Shown piece by piece: positions 17,248 to 26,403 of a DNA stretch of 32,000 nucleotides. The DNA is from Candidatus Hermodarchaeota archaeon (GTDB lineage: Archaea; Asgardarchaeota; Heimdallarchaeia; Hodarchaeales; Hodarchaeaceae). The notes beneath the pieces were generated by a model, which had not been told where the DNA came from, made no database searches, and saw only the letters and a list, made by a program, of their open reading frames with translations. How positions within the stretch are numbered: position 1 is the first letter of the stretch; each line of letters begins with the position of its first letter. The position numbers and the translations under genes are program-made. The stretch is from positions 5,818 through 37,817 of the forward strand of contig JBHLKY010000032.1 in the NCBI GenBank assembly GCA_048886185.1. The letters are read 5' to 3'.

Positions 17248-18339
17248 TTAATTTAGTTCATCAATAGCTAATTCAAGCCTCTCAAGTCCTTTCTTTAATT
17301 CTATTGTCTCTCCTCCAAAACCAATACGGAAGAAAGAATCCATCTTGAAGCAATAACCGGGAACAGTGAATGTTCGATATTTTTCCACTAAAAGACGACA
17401 TAATTCTCTTGATGATTCATAAAATCGGGGAAAACATGTAACACTACCTTCAGGAGGAATGACATTTAAGTAATCGTTATTTTTAACCCAGTCCAAGACT
17501 AACTTACGATTAATGTTTACCCGCTGTAATATTCCAGGTAAATAATCTTCCTTCCTACGAAGAAGTTGGAGAGCTATTGATTCGTTTATAGCGGAGTTGC
17601 ATATCGTTGTTTGCTCTCGTACCTTCAAAATACCTTTTATAATCTCTTTTTCACAAGCTGCTGACCATCCTATTCTTATTCCTGGAACTCCATAAACCTT
17701 AGACATTGTAGAAACGCTGATTACATTGGAACTTAAGCTGGCTGCAGGAGGTAGGGGGTCTCCAAATGTTAAATCCCGATATGTTTCATCCATCAACATA
17801 TAGATCCCTCGTTCCTCAACCATTTCTATTATGTTTTCCAGCTCTTTTTTTGTTATCATAGATCCTGTAGGATTATTAGGATGTGTCAGACAAATTAATT
17901 TGGTATTTGGTTTAATCAATGCTTCCAATTCTTGTAAATTTGGTTTGAATTGTTCCTCATATCTTAAGAAGAACAGATCCATGGATCGCTCAAGGGATTC
18001 GGGAATGTACCAGAATGAGGGGTAATTTGGACATTCTACAATGATATGATCTTCTATCTTTGTTAGAGAGGCGATTATTGAAAAAATAGATTCAGCTGCA
18101 CCTGTTGTTATTGCGATGTTTTTCCAGCTGAGACCCTCATAGAGATTGGCGATCTGTTTTCTTAGTTCAGGGCTACCGAGGTGTTGAGTGTATCTTAATT
18201 CTACATTGTTTAAATCTAGATCCAACTGTCTAAATTTAAGGAATTTCACCCCACTTTCCCCAATATCATAATCCACTTCAAATTGGTACTTATCAAACCA
18301 TTCTTCCAGAAGCATTCGTTTAAAGGGCATAATAATCAT
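17248..18339 (-). CDS. PLP-dependent aminotransferase class I/II
   Basis: HPNNPTG, DETY, SKVYGVPGIRIGW (PLP lysine), FRIGFG; ATG at 18330 is an alternative start. Confidence 0.93.
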   Translation of the reverse strand: MIIMPFKRMLLEEWFDKYQFEVDYDIGESGVKFLKFRQLDLDLNNVELRYTQHLGSPELRKQIANLYEGLSWKNIAITTGAAESIFSIIASLTKIEDHIIVECPNYPSFWYIPESLERSMDLFFLRYEEQFKPNLQELEALIKPNTKLICLTHPNNPTGSMITKKELENIIEMVEERGIYMLMDETYRDLTFGDPLPPAASLSSNVISVSTMSKVYGVPGIRIGWSAACEKEIIKGILKVREQTTICNSAINESIALQLLRRKEDYLPGILQRVNINRKLVLDWVKNNDYLNVIPPEGSVTCFPRFYESSRELCRLLVEKYRTFTVPGYCFKMDSFFRIGFGGETIELKKGLERLELAIDELN

Positions 18340-18427
18340 AACTTATGCAGATTCTTTTATTAATCTTTAGAAAAGAAGATTTGAAAACTTATTAATGATT
18401 AATATAATGACTAGAATCACAACCTAG

Positions 18428-19765
18428 ATGAATCATTATATGAAAGACAATGATTTGTCATGGAGGATAAGTACGCTGAAACTAGGCTCTATGCAACCTC
18501 CAAAAAAGTATAAATTCCTTCAAGAGCAGGTTTTCGAGGGTATTTGGCCTTTTAACAAAGTTAAATCCCCCATAAATGTTATTATTTTAATGTCAGTCTA
18601 TATAATCTGGGGTACCGTTCTCTATAGTTATTACCAGATCCCTCCCTACTTTTTTATTGCTGGGATATTGAGCGCATTCGGCCTCTTCATATGGACCATT
18701 GGAATTTTTTCGTATGCAAGAAAATTAAGAGAGATAGAGGTTGAACGAATCAATGTTGTTAACAAAAAATTCCTCATAGGGTTTTTAGAGAATTTATTTC
18801 ATCCTTCCTCTATTGTGATCAGCGTTTTAATGTTTACTGTAGTCACGACATATTATTTTTCTGTTACTTCTTTTGGTATTGAAAATCTCATCACAAATAT
18901 CCAGAAAGAGATGAATAATGAGCTTTTACCACCAATTCTTCTATCATTCATACTATTATTAACCTTTGATCTCTGTTATAGGCTGGGACTCTCATTATAT
19001 GTAATCTTAACCCAAATCCGTCGCAATCTCCGCCTTACTCAATATCTAAGATCTCCTATTCTCAAGACTCATTTTTCTGCAAATGATATTAGAAATCTGG
19101 AAAGAGCTGATTATAATCACTATTTGGCTATAAGTGGTGGATTATTTCTATTACCTCTCCTTTTATTCGATCATGTGTTACTAGTTGCTCTTAGCACCTA
19201 TCTTTTAGTTACATCTTTACTAACAGCAATTAATTTACTCCATTTACGATTTCTTTATGTCCGAGCTATTCCAAAGGGAATGCTATCTCTCTTACGGTCT
19301 GCAAGATTTGCTAAGGTTGGAACATGCTCATTTGAAAGACTCCCCCATGTCACTCCTTCTTTATTCACCTTTGACGGGAGAAATATCTTTATTGCTACTT
19401 CTATCAAAAGTAAAAAAGTCAAGAATCTCTCCCAGGTAAAAGAAATATCCATTTTTATTGATTCAAATACGAATAGGGATTTTTCAAAGAGTATTGGAGT
19501 GTTAATCACAGGACGTGCTCGAGTATATGGTCACAACATAACCTCTGGAATCCTTTACTACTTAATCCTAGGATTCCGTATACTCCGAATTTACTTTCTA
19601 TTTAGGAGAAAGTATCCTGATTATATCTCTGAATATTGGAAAGAGAATCGAAACTTACCTCGCGCATGGAGAATATTTCCTATCATTAGTAGAACAATAG
19701 TTGAAATTGTACCAGAGAACTTTTACTTCTGGAAGGCTTCAAGACCAACTCTAGTGAAATTTTGA
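18428..19765 (+). CDS. Membrane protein (about 6 TM) fused to a C-terminal PNPOx-like split-barrel flavin-binding domain
   Basis: Hydrophobic N-terminal 275 aa; then LLRSARFAKVGT...PHVTPSLFTFDG..IFIAT...SKKVKNL....ISIFID...GVLITGRA. Confidence 0.8.
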   Translation: MNHYMKDNDLSWRISTLKLGSMQPPKKYKFLQEQVFEGIWPFNKVKSPINVIILMSVYIIWGTVLYSYYQIPPYFFIAGILSAFGLFIWTIGIFSYARKLREIEVERINVVNKKFLIGFLENLFHPSSIVISVLMFTVVTTYYFSVTSFGIENLITNIQKEMNNELLPPILLSFILLLTFDLCYRLGLSLYVILTQIRRNLRLTQYLRSPILKTHFSANDIRNLERADYNHYLAISGGLFLLPLLLFDHVLLVALSTYLLVTSLLTAINLLHLRFLYVRAIPKGMLSLLRSARFAKVGTCSFERLPHVTPSLFTFDGRNIFIATSIKSKKVKNLSQVKEISIFIDSNTNRDFSKSIGVLITGRARVYGHNITSGILYYLILGFRILRIYFLFRRKYPDYISEYWKENRNLPRAWRIFPIISRTIVEIVPENFYFWKASRPTLVKF

Positions 19766-20304
19766 GATCATGTGATGAAATAATGAAAGTTGAGTGCGAA
19801 CTGAATGGTCATACTTGTTATTTACCTGAATTTATAGCCCATTTCTTTACAAAATCATCCCTAATGTACTGCAGTACTATTAACTCTAATAGAAAACCTC
19901 ACATTCAACCGATAATGTTTGTTATTGAAAAGAATAAGTGTATTCTATTTTTCCTAGCTTACAATAAATCTATCACAGCAACTAATCTCTATGCAAATCC
20001 AAACGTTGCTTTTACAATAGACAAAACACACCCTAAAAATCCATTCTGGAATAATGGAATCATGATAGAAGCAATTTCTCAGATGAGTAAATCTCAAGAA
20101 GATATCCAGATGTGTTATGACAACTTACAAAAAAAGTACGGATCTGCAATCATCACTAAGGTACTCGGGGTAGATATTATAAGTAATTATTCAAGAGTAC
20201 GAGCTCTACCAACTAAGATAATATTCTGGAAAGGCCCATACTTTAAAAAATTTAAATGTAAGTATAAGAAAAAAGAAATTCTAGAAAAATTACTGAAAAA
20301 GTAG
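19762..20304 (+). CDS. Pyridoxamine 5'-phosphate oxidase-like (FMN/F420 split-barrel) protein
   Basis: STINSNRKPHIQPIMF, NLYANPNVAFTID, GIMIE; TTG start overlaps the upstream TGA (TTGA). Confidence 0.85.
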   Translation: MRSCDEIMKVECELNGHTCYLPEFIAHFFTKSSLMYCSTINSNRKPHIQPIMFVIEKNKCILFFLAYNKSITATNLYANPNVAFTIDKTHPKNPFWNNGIMIEAISQMSKSQEDIQMCYDNLQKKYGSAIITKVLGVDIISNYSRVRALPTKIIFWKGPYFKKFKCKYKKKEILEKLLKK

Positions 20305-20349
20305 TCTGTCTGCTGATATTAACTCTTCTGTTTTATAGAGTGACAAATT

Positions 20350-22782
20350 ATGATAGACTTTACCGAAACAAAAGAGAAAATAACAATCCAAGGAGATAAA
20401 CTCAAAATTGAGATATCTCAATTAACAAGGAAGGTAAAAATTTCATCTTTGATAACAAATTTCAGTCTCGATAGAATAGAACCAGCAATAAATCTTTTAA
20501 TAAATAATAAAATAATTACATTATTACCAGTAGGTAGAAGCACCAATTCAGTTATAGAAACTTTAATTTTAGATGAACTTGGAATAGGAAAACAATTTTT
20601 AATAAACCTAGTATTTAATAACACTCATGATAAGAAGAATATTACTATAGAAGCTCAATTAGCGATTATTTTATATGAAGACTCGGATTTTTGTATACTT
20701 AAACTTATTATTCCAAAGGAAGCTTCAAAATTTCTAAATTATTCATTACACTCTTTAGCACCATTAAGAATTACTGATGGAACTATAATTTTAAATGAGG
20801 AAAATAAGACTCATCCTGAGAAAATCACTTTTTTTGAACAAGGTTTTCAAAGCTGGAGCTATACAAAGACCCGTTTATTTAATGAAGCCTTCGAACCTAT
20901 ATTTATTGATGTTTTTGCATCTATCAACCAAAACAAGGATTCAATAATCACTGGACGATATATATCAGAATTTATAACTGCTATTTCTGATATAGAGAGT
21001 AAAGGAAGTTTAATCATAGGTTTTTGCACATTAGCAGACACCTACTCTCGAATTGTAATGGATCACTTAATTGGGCCATCAAAAATTTCTTGGTTAACCG
21101 CATATTCTCAGTTTGATGGCATTCCAATTAATCAATTGAAAAAACAGCCAGTTTGTTCTGAAGAATTATTCATCAGTTTTGAACCGCGTTTTCAAGGATA
21201 CTTAGGATTGATTAAATATGCTGAAGTTACAGGGAAGAAGATGAATGTAACGATCCACCAGCCCAAAGTAGGATGGTGTAGCTGGTATTATTACTATACT
21301 AATATCTCTAATAAAGAGTTGCTTTCAAATGTAAAATACTTTAAACAATCACCAGAAATCTCTGTCGATATGTTACAACTTGATGATGGATATTTCACAG
21401 CAATTGGAGATTATACTTCGTTTAATGATAAATTTTCAAATGGCCTTTCTGATTTTGTTACTTTAACCCATGAACAAGGAAAAACAGCAGGATTATGGAT
21501 TGCTCCATTTTTTGCAGCAGAAAATTCAGAAATATATAGCAAACATCCAGAATGGTTTTTAAAATCGGTAATTGATAACGAACCGTTACCTGTTTGTTAT
21601 AACTGGGATCAAACCGAATATGCTCTAGATCTTACTAATTCAGAGGTTCAAAATCACATAAAAACACTCATTCAAACTATAATAGATGAATGGCATTTTG
21701 ATTTCATAAAAATTGACTTTCTATATGCTGCTTCCGTTTTTGAAAGTGACTATCTCGTAAAGGGATTGACTCGTGCTCAGATCTATCGAAAAGGACTCGA
21801 AATAATTCGACAAAAGATGGGGAAGGAGAAATATCTATTAGGATGTGGAGCGCCTTTGGGCCCAAGCATTGGACTTGTGGATGCAATGCGTATCAGTGAA
21901 GATACTAAAGAGCTATGGGACACTGGAGAGAATCCGATATATGGGTATCCTTGTTTAAAATACGCCTTGATTGGGAGTATTAATCGTTCGTTTATGCATA
22001 ATAATTTTTGGGTTAATGATCCTGATTGTCTAATTCTACGGAAGAAAGAAAGCGAGTTAACATTTGAAGAAGTAAAACTGCAGTGCACGATTTTTGGATT
22101 AACAGGGGGCCAGCTATTATTATCAGATGATATGACAAGGCTTGAGGAGGATAGATTAAGATTAGCTTTAAAGCTAATGCCTCCTTATGCAGAATCTGCA
22201 ATCCCAATTGATACTTTATATGAATCCTTTCCCATACATTATTTGTTAGAAACAGAAACAGAAATAGGATCAAGAGCTCTCCTAGCTGTCATTAATTGGA
22301 ATAATGAAGTTGTTAATCGAAACTTAGTTTTAAAAGATATTCTCACAGCTAGCATGGGATCCTCTTCTCAATTTCTTGTTTTTGACTGGTGGCAAGAAGC
22401 ATTATTAGGATGTTTCAGTTATGAAGATTCAATTATACCTCTTGAGATCCCACCACATGGATGTCGTTATCTGGGGATCATTCCCTATGAAGATTCAACA
22501 CTACCTCTACTGCTTTCATCCACTTTGCACATTACTCAAGGATGTAAAGAGATAAAAAAGCTAAAAATAAGCTCTAATTCCATCGAACTAGGCCTTAATC
22601 AGCGAGGATTGCACACAGGGGAATTATTTTTTTTATTTCCCCAGAATACGAAAGAGATTTCAGCAGAATACCCAATGGCTAAACAATACAATGAGTGGGG
22701 AATCTTATGTCGTCTAAAAATCAGATTATTAGATCAAAAAGATATCAAAATAGAGTTTAAATCAATAGATAAAGGGGAGTAA
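20350..22782 (+). CDS. Alpha-galactosidase, GH36-like (melibiase)
   Basis: GWCSWYYY, LQLDDGY, GLWIAPF, nucleophile FIKIDF, LGCGAP, acid/base MRISED, NDPDCL. Confidence 0.93.
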   Translation: MIDFTETKEKITIQGDKLKIEISQLTRKVKISSLITNFSLDRIEPAINLLINNKIITLLPVGRSTNSVIETLILDELGIGKQFLINLVFNNTHDKKNITIEAQLAIILYEDSDFCILKLIIPKEASKFLNYSLHSLAPLRITDGTIILNEENKTHPEKITFFEQGFQSWSYTKTRLFNEAFEPIFIDVFASINQNKDSIITGRYISEFITAISDIESKGSLIIGFCTLADTYSRIVMDHLIGPSKISWLTAYSQFDGIPINQLKKQPVCSEELFISFEPRFQGYLGLIKYAEVTGKKMNVTIHQPKVGWCSWYYYYTNISNKELLSNVKYFKQSPEISVDMLQLDDGYFTAIGDYTSFNDKFSNGLSDFVTLTHEQGKTAGLWIAPFFAAENSEIYSKHPEWFLKSVIDNEPLPVCYNWDQTEYALDLTNSEVQNHIKTLIQTIIDEWHFDFIKIDFLYAASVFESDYLVKGLTRAQIYRKGLEIIRQKMGKEKYLLGCGAPLGPSIGLVDAMRISEDTKELWDTGENPIYGYPCLKYALIGSINRSFMHNNFWVNDPDCLILRKKESELTFEEVKLQCTIFGLTGGQLLLSDDMTRLEEDRLRLALKLMPPYAESAIPIDTLYESFPIHYLLETETEIGSRALLAVINWNNEVVNRNLVLKDILTASMGSSSQFLVFDWWQEALLGCFSYEDSIIPLEIPPHGCRYLGIIPYEDSTLPLLLSSTLHITQGCKEIKKLKISSNSIELGLNQRGLHTGELFFLFPQNTKEISAEYPMAKQYNEWGILCRLKIRLLDQKDIKIEFKSIDKGE

Positions 22783-23430
22783 TCGTCTGGTGCGTTTGAT
22801 ATAGGATTTATATTCATCACTAAACTCTTCTGAAAGTATTTTCTCCTCTTGATCCATTCGAGGCTTAATCAAGAGGAAACTGTAAAAAATACCCAATAAT
22901 GGTACAATCAAACTCCGAAAAGCTAATTCGGTACCAAAACCTACCATAGCTCCACCAAGATAGATTGGATGTCGAATATATCTATAAATTCCACGAGTTA
23001 CAAGCTGGTGGTCATCTTCGATAACAAGCATTCCACTGCCATATTTTCCAAGTTGAATTCGACTAAAAACCTGAATAATTCCACCAATAATTATAAAGAT
23101 GATTCCAATAACAAATACAATGATATTATTCCAAATTGGAAAATAGTCTTTGATCAGTAATTGGTTTTCGATATAAGCTAGAATAAAGATAAATGGGTTA
23201 ATTAAGAATCCAATCATCAAAAGAAGTGAGTATTTGTTGGCAATTTCTTCTTTTTCTGAGAAAGGTCTTGAGAATGAATCGATATAAGCTACAATATACA
23301 TAAGAATAATTGCTATATGACCAATATCACTGTAAATATCTGGTGAGAGAAGAATAAACCAAATATTGTAGTAAACTACATACCACAGAGTGGGAAAGCC
23401 AATTTTTCTAATAACATGAATGGGCTTCAA
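22762..23430 (-). CDS. Isoprenylcysteine carboxyl methyltransferase (ICMT/PEMT) family membrane methyltransferase
   Basis: About 5 TM segments; HQLVTRGIYRYIRHPIYLG; EEKIL...F..EY..Y...T.RLLP; TTG start with GAGGT SD. Confidence 0.92.
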   Translation of the reverse strand: MKPIHVIRKIGFPTLWYVVYYNIWFILLSPDIYSDIGHIAIILMYIVAYIDSFSRPFSEKEEIANKYSLLLMIGFLINPFIFILAYIENQLLIKDYFPIWNNIIVFVIGIIFIIIGGIIQVFSRIQLGKYGSGMLVIEDDHQLVTRGIYRYIRHPIYLGGAMVGFGTELAFRSLIVPLLGIFYSFLLIKPRMDQEEKILSEEFSDEYKSYIKRTRRLLPFIY

Positions 23431-23730
23431 TTAATAGACCTCTATAAAGGTATAATCTCAGATTAATACCTCTTAATTGAATGTTTATTTCCTATTATTA
23501 TTTTTGCGTGATAGGTAAAGCTTTTAACCTCATGAAAAAGAAACCTATCTGCATGGAGAATCCAGGAATCTCTATGCTAAAACTTGGTGTGATAAAATGA
23601 AATCTTCAATTGCTGTTGGAATGTGGTTTGAAAACAATGGCATTATTGTCACACACCCTAATTTTGCCTAAATATACAATTCTCAACTTTTCCTGGGAGT
23701 TTGAGACAGTAGAAGGAGGTTTTTACTAAG

Positions 23731-23850
23731 ATGTTCTGTGAAACTTGTGGTACAGTTCTCGATGTACACGGACAATGTGTAAATTGTGAGAAGAACAAAG
23801 AATCAAAGACTGAAATACAAGTAGACCTAAGTATAGATATAGTAGGATGA
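23731..23850 (+). CDS. 39-aa zinc-ribbon microprotein (not in the ORF track)
   Basis: Translated by hand: MFCETCGTVLDVHGQCVNCEKNKESKTEIQVDLSIDIVG; CxxC-x9-CxxC; SD AAGGAGGT at 23713-23720; stop overlaps the next ATG (ATGA). Confidence 0.85.
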   Translation: MFCETCGTVLDVHGQCVNCEKNKESKTEIQVDLSIDIVG

Positions 23851-24083
23851 GATTAGTGATGGAGAATGATCCACGGTTCTGTTCAATTTGTAATAAACTA
23901 CTATTAAAACGAGATCGATTCGGTTTTGTTTTAATAATCCGTTGTGATCAATGCAACAAATTAGTACATGATCGTTGTTATTTAGACCATCATTTAACAC
24001 GCCATAATCTCATCGGGATTATAGTCGAATCTGAAGCGAAGAAGGAACTAAGTTCTTTCCTAGAGGATATAGGAAGTCCATAA
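23847..24083 (+). CDS. Small C1/PHD-like cross-brace zinc-finger protein
   Basis: C12xxC15-x17-C33xxC36-x4-H41xxC44-x3-H48H49-x3-H53; coupled to the upstream ORF; T-rich tract after the stop. Confidence 0.8.
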   Translation: MRLVMENDPRFCSICNKLLLKRDRFGFVLIIRCDQCNKLVHDRCYLDHHLTRHNLIGIIVESEAKKELSSFLEDIGSP

Positions 24084-24209
24084 TTGGGTTCATTCTTCTT
24101 TTTGTGTAATTTCAAAACGATAAAAACATCCTTCTCACAGCACAGTATTTTCCAAAAAATAACAGACATTATGAAAAAAAAATAAGTTCGCCCTTAATGA
24201 GGACAATTT

Positions 24210-25061
24210 GTGTTAGTTATACAGATTTTTATATTGCTAGGTGCCATTATAGCTTCATATTTCATAGTAGTATTATGTATTATGCAATTTTTAGCAAATT
24301 TTCCACGAAGATCAGTAGATGATAGCCCTGATTGGGGCTTTACTAAAGATCTGAGAATTCGGACTATCAATGGAAAAAAAATGGAATGCTGGGTTGTATA
24401 CCCACAGAACAAAGAGGTAAATCATAAACCTGCGATAATTCTCATACATGGATGGGGAAGAAATAGAGGTCGCATGGTTTCTCGAGCCAGAATTTATGGC
24501 AAAAATGGATACATAACTATCTTAATTTCTGTAAGAGACCATGGAAATTCAGATAAAGAAATCACAGGCATGAGTATTGTAAGATTCAGTCAAGATCTTG
24601 ATTCTTGTGTAAGATGGTGGGGAAAACCTGTTATAATTTCTGGTCATTCAATAGGAGCTGGAGCTGCACTAATAGTAGCAGCCAAGAATCCTTTGATAAG
24701 GGCAGTGATAGCAGAAGCAACACCTTACGCTTTCCCCCATAGTCTTAAGTACGTTTATAGGCCAGTTTTAAAATGGTTAACGCCTTTATTTTTACCAGGT
24801 ATCAAGATCCTGACTCTATTCAAGTTCAGAAGTTATTCAAAAGAGGATTTTTCTCCTTTGGATGCTGCTCCATTCATTAAAGTTCCAACTCTTCTAATCC
24901 ACGGAAAAGATGATGTAATATTACCAAGTAAATATATACCTCTTCTCCAGAAAAAAATAATTGATTGTATAACCTGGATTCCTGAAAAAACAGATCATCA
25001 CAATATAGAAGAACATCCAGAGTATAAGAATAGAGTTATTAGCTTTCTTGAAGCATTATAA
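24210..25061 (+). CDS. Alpha/beta-fold serine hydrolase with N-terminal membrane anchor
   Basis: LIHGWG, nucleophile GHSIG, acid HGKDD, His in TDHHNI; GTG start with GAGGA SD. Confidence 0.92.
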   Translation: MLVIQIFILLGAIIASYFIVVLCIMQFLANFPRRSVDDSPDWGFTKDLRIRTINGKKMECWVVYPQNKEVNHKPAIILIHGWGRNRGRMVSRARIYGKNGYITILISVRDHGNSDKEITGMSIVRFSQDLDSCVRWWGKPVIISGHSIGAGAALIVAAKNPLIRAVIAEATPYAFPHSLKYVYRPVLKWLTPLFLPGIKILTLFKFRSYSKEDFSPLDAAPFIKVPTLLIHGKDDVILPSKYIPLLQKKIIDCITWIPEKTDHHNIEEHPEYKNRVISFLEAL

Positions 25062-25113
25062 ACATCGTTGCATTAGGAGTCTCTTTTAGTAATCATAAAA
25101 TGGGTATTAACTT

Positions 25114-25605
25114 ATGAGAAACAATAAATTCATTACTTGGGTCATCCCAGGAAAGCTGGCAAGAAGTCCATTTCCACTCTTCCAAGAATTATCTACATTA
25201 GTTGAACTAAACATATTTTTAGTAATCAATCTAACCTCTCAGGGAATACCAAACAGACTTGGAAATCAACTAAGGGCTTCTGGTATTAGGATTAAACGTC
25301 TGCCAATCCCTGATTTTGGCACTCCTAATCAAAACACTATCAATCAGTACCTTCAAATGGTTTGTGAAACAATACTGCAGAACCAAGCTGTTTTAACACA
25401 TTGTATTGCTGGTTGTGGACGTACAGGAACAATGATTGGATTATTCTTAATTACCCATGGATACTCTCCCCTAGTTACTCTAGAGACCATTCATAAAATA
25501 TTGGGTAAAGGGTGTCCAGAAACTGAAGAACAAATAGATCTACTTAAGCAATATAGAAAGAAATGTCCAAATTTCCGTCAGTGTAATGGTAAGATTTCAG
25601 CGTAG
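25114..25605 (+). CDS. Dual-specificity / cysteine-based protein phosphatase
   Basis: General-acid loop IPDFGTP, P-loop HCIAGCGRTG, ETEEQ. Confidence 0.93.
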   Translation: MRNNKFITWVIPGKLARSPFPLFQELSTLVELNIFLVINLTSQGIPNRLGNQLRASGIRIKRLPIPDFGTPNQNTINQYLQMVCETILQNQAVLTHCIAGCGRTGTMIGLFLITHGYSPLVTLETIHKILGKGCPETEEQIDLLKQYRKKCPNFRQCNGKISA

Positions 25606-25614
25606 GGGCAACTA

Positions 25615-26403
25615 ATGGTTATAAGGGTTCCTAATTCTCAGTTCAATTCCATATGTTATATCTTTGATGAACACCAGCACCTTAGGAACTTAATTGAAGC
25701 AATTCCTGCACTTCCAAGGGGTGAACTTTGGATTGATTCTTCAGATAATCCTTCAGTAGCTCTTTTTAAACTCCCTGGGATCCATTTTTTAGGTGGAACA
25801 CCGAATTCAAATGAAATAGAAAAAATATTAGATAAAATTCCTTCAAAACAAGCTATTTTTATTCCAACACAAGAAAAATGGATTACAATCTTAAAAAGAT
25901 ATTTTAAGGATAAATTGAGAAGTTTCGATCGATTCGCACTTTCTGCTTCATCTTTAACAATAAATCATATCCATAATCTACGAAAAGAGCTTCCTTATGG
26001 ATATCATATTAAACAAATCGATCATATAGATTGGAATCAGATAAGAACCTCAATAGGACATTATATTCATATATTTTTCAGAGACATCGAACATTTCAAG
26101 ACTTCAGGAAAAGGTTACTGTGTCAGGAATGATAATCGTGTAATCAGTATGGCTTCATCCCTAGTTCCAGTAACTAGGAGCCTTGAAATTCAAGTGGATA
26201 CAGTAGAATCAACAAAATACCTGAGGAAAGGATTTGCTACAAGAGCTGTTGTTGAACTCATAGAATATTGCTTAAAAAAAGGTATAGACCCTCATTGGGA
26301 TGCTGATACAGAAATTTCCAAAAAATTCGCCCAAAAACTTGGATATTCAAATCCCCAGCCATATAAATGCTATTATTGGGTGAAAAAGAACGAAAAAGGT
26401 TAA
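25615..26403 (+). CDS. GNAT-family acetyltransferase
   Basis: C-terminal EIQVDT...YLRKGFAT, PHWDA...S.KFAQKLGY. Confidence 0.88.
   Translation: MVIRVPNSQFNSICYIFDEHQHLRNLIEAIPALPRGELWIDSSDNPSVALFKLPGIHFLGGTPNSNEIEKILDKIPSKQAIFIPTQEKWITILKRYFKDKLRSFDRFALSASSLTINHIHNLRKELPYGYHIKQIDHIDWNQIRTSIGHYIHIFFRDIEHFKTSGKGYCVRNDNRVISMASSLVPVTRSLEIQVDTVESTKYLRKGFATRAVVELIEYCLKKGIDPHWDADTEISKKFAQKLGYSNPQPYKCYYWVKKNEKG

Noticed and set aside
23848-23856. Selenocysteine readthrough of the microprotein stop (VG-U-D-stop)
   Set aside because: The TGA is explained by the ATGA coupling overlap; no SECIS seen.
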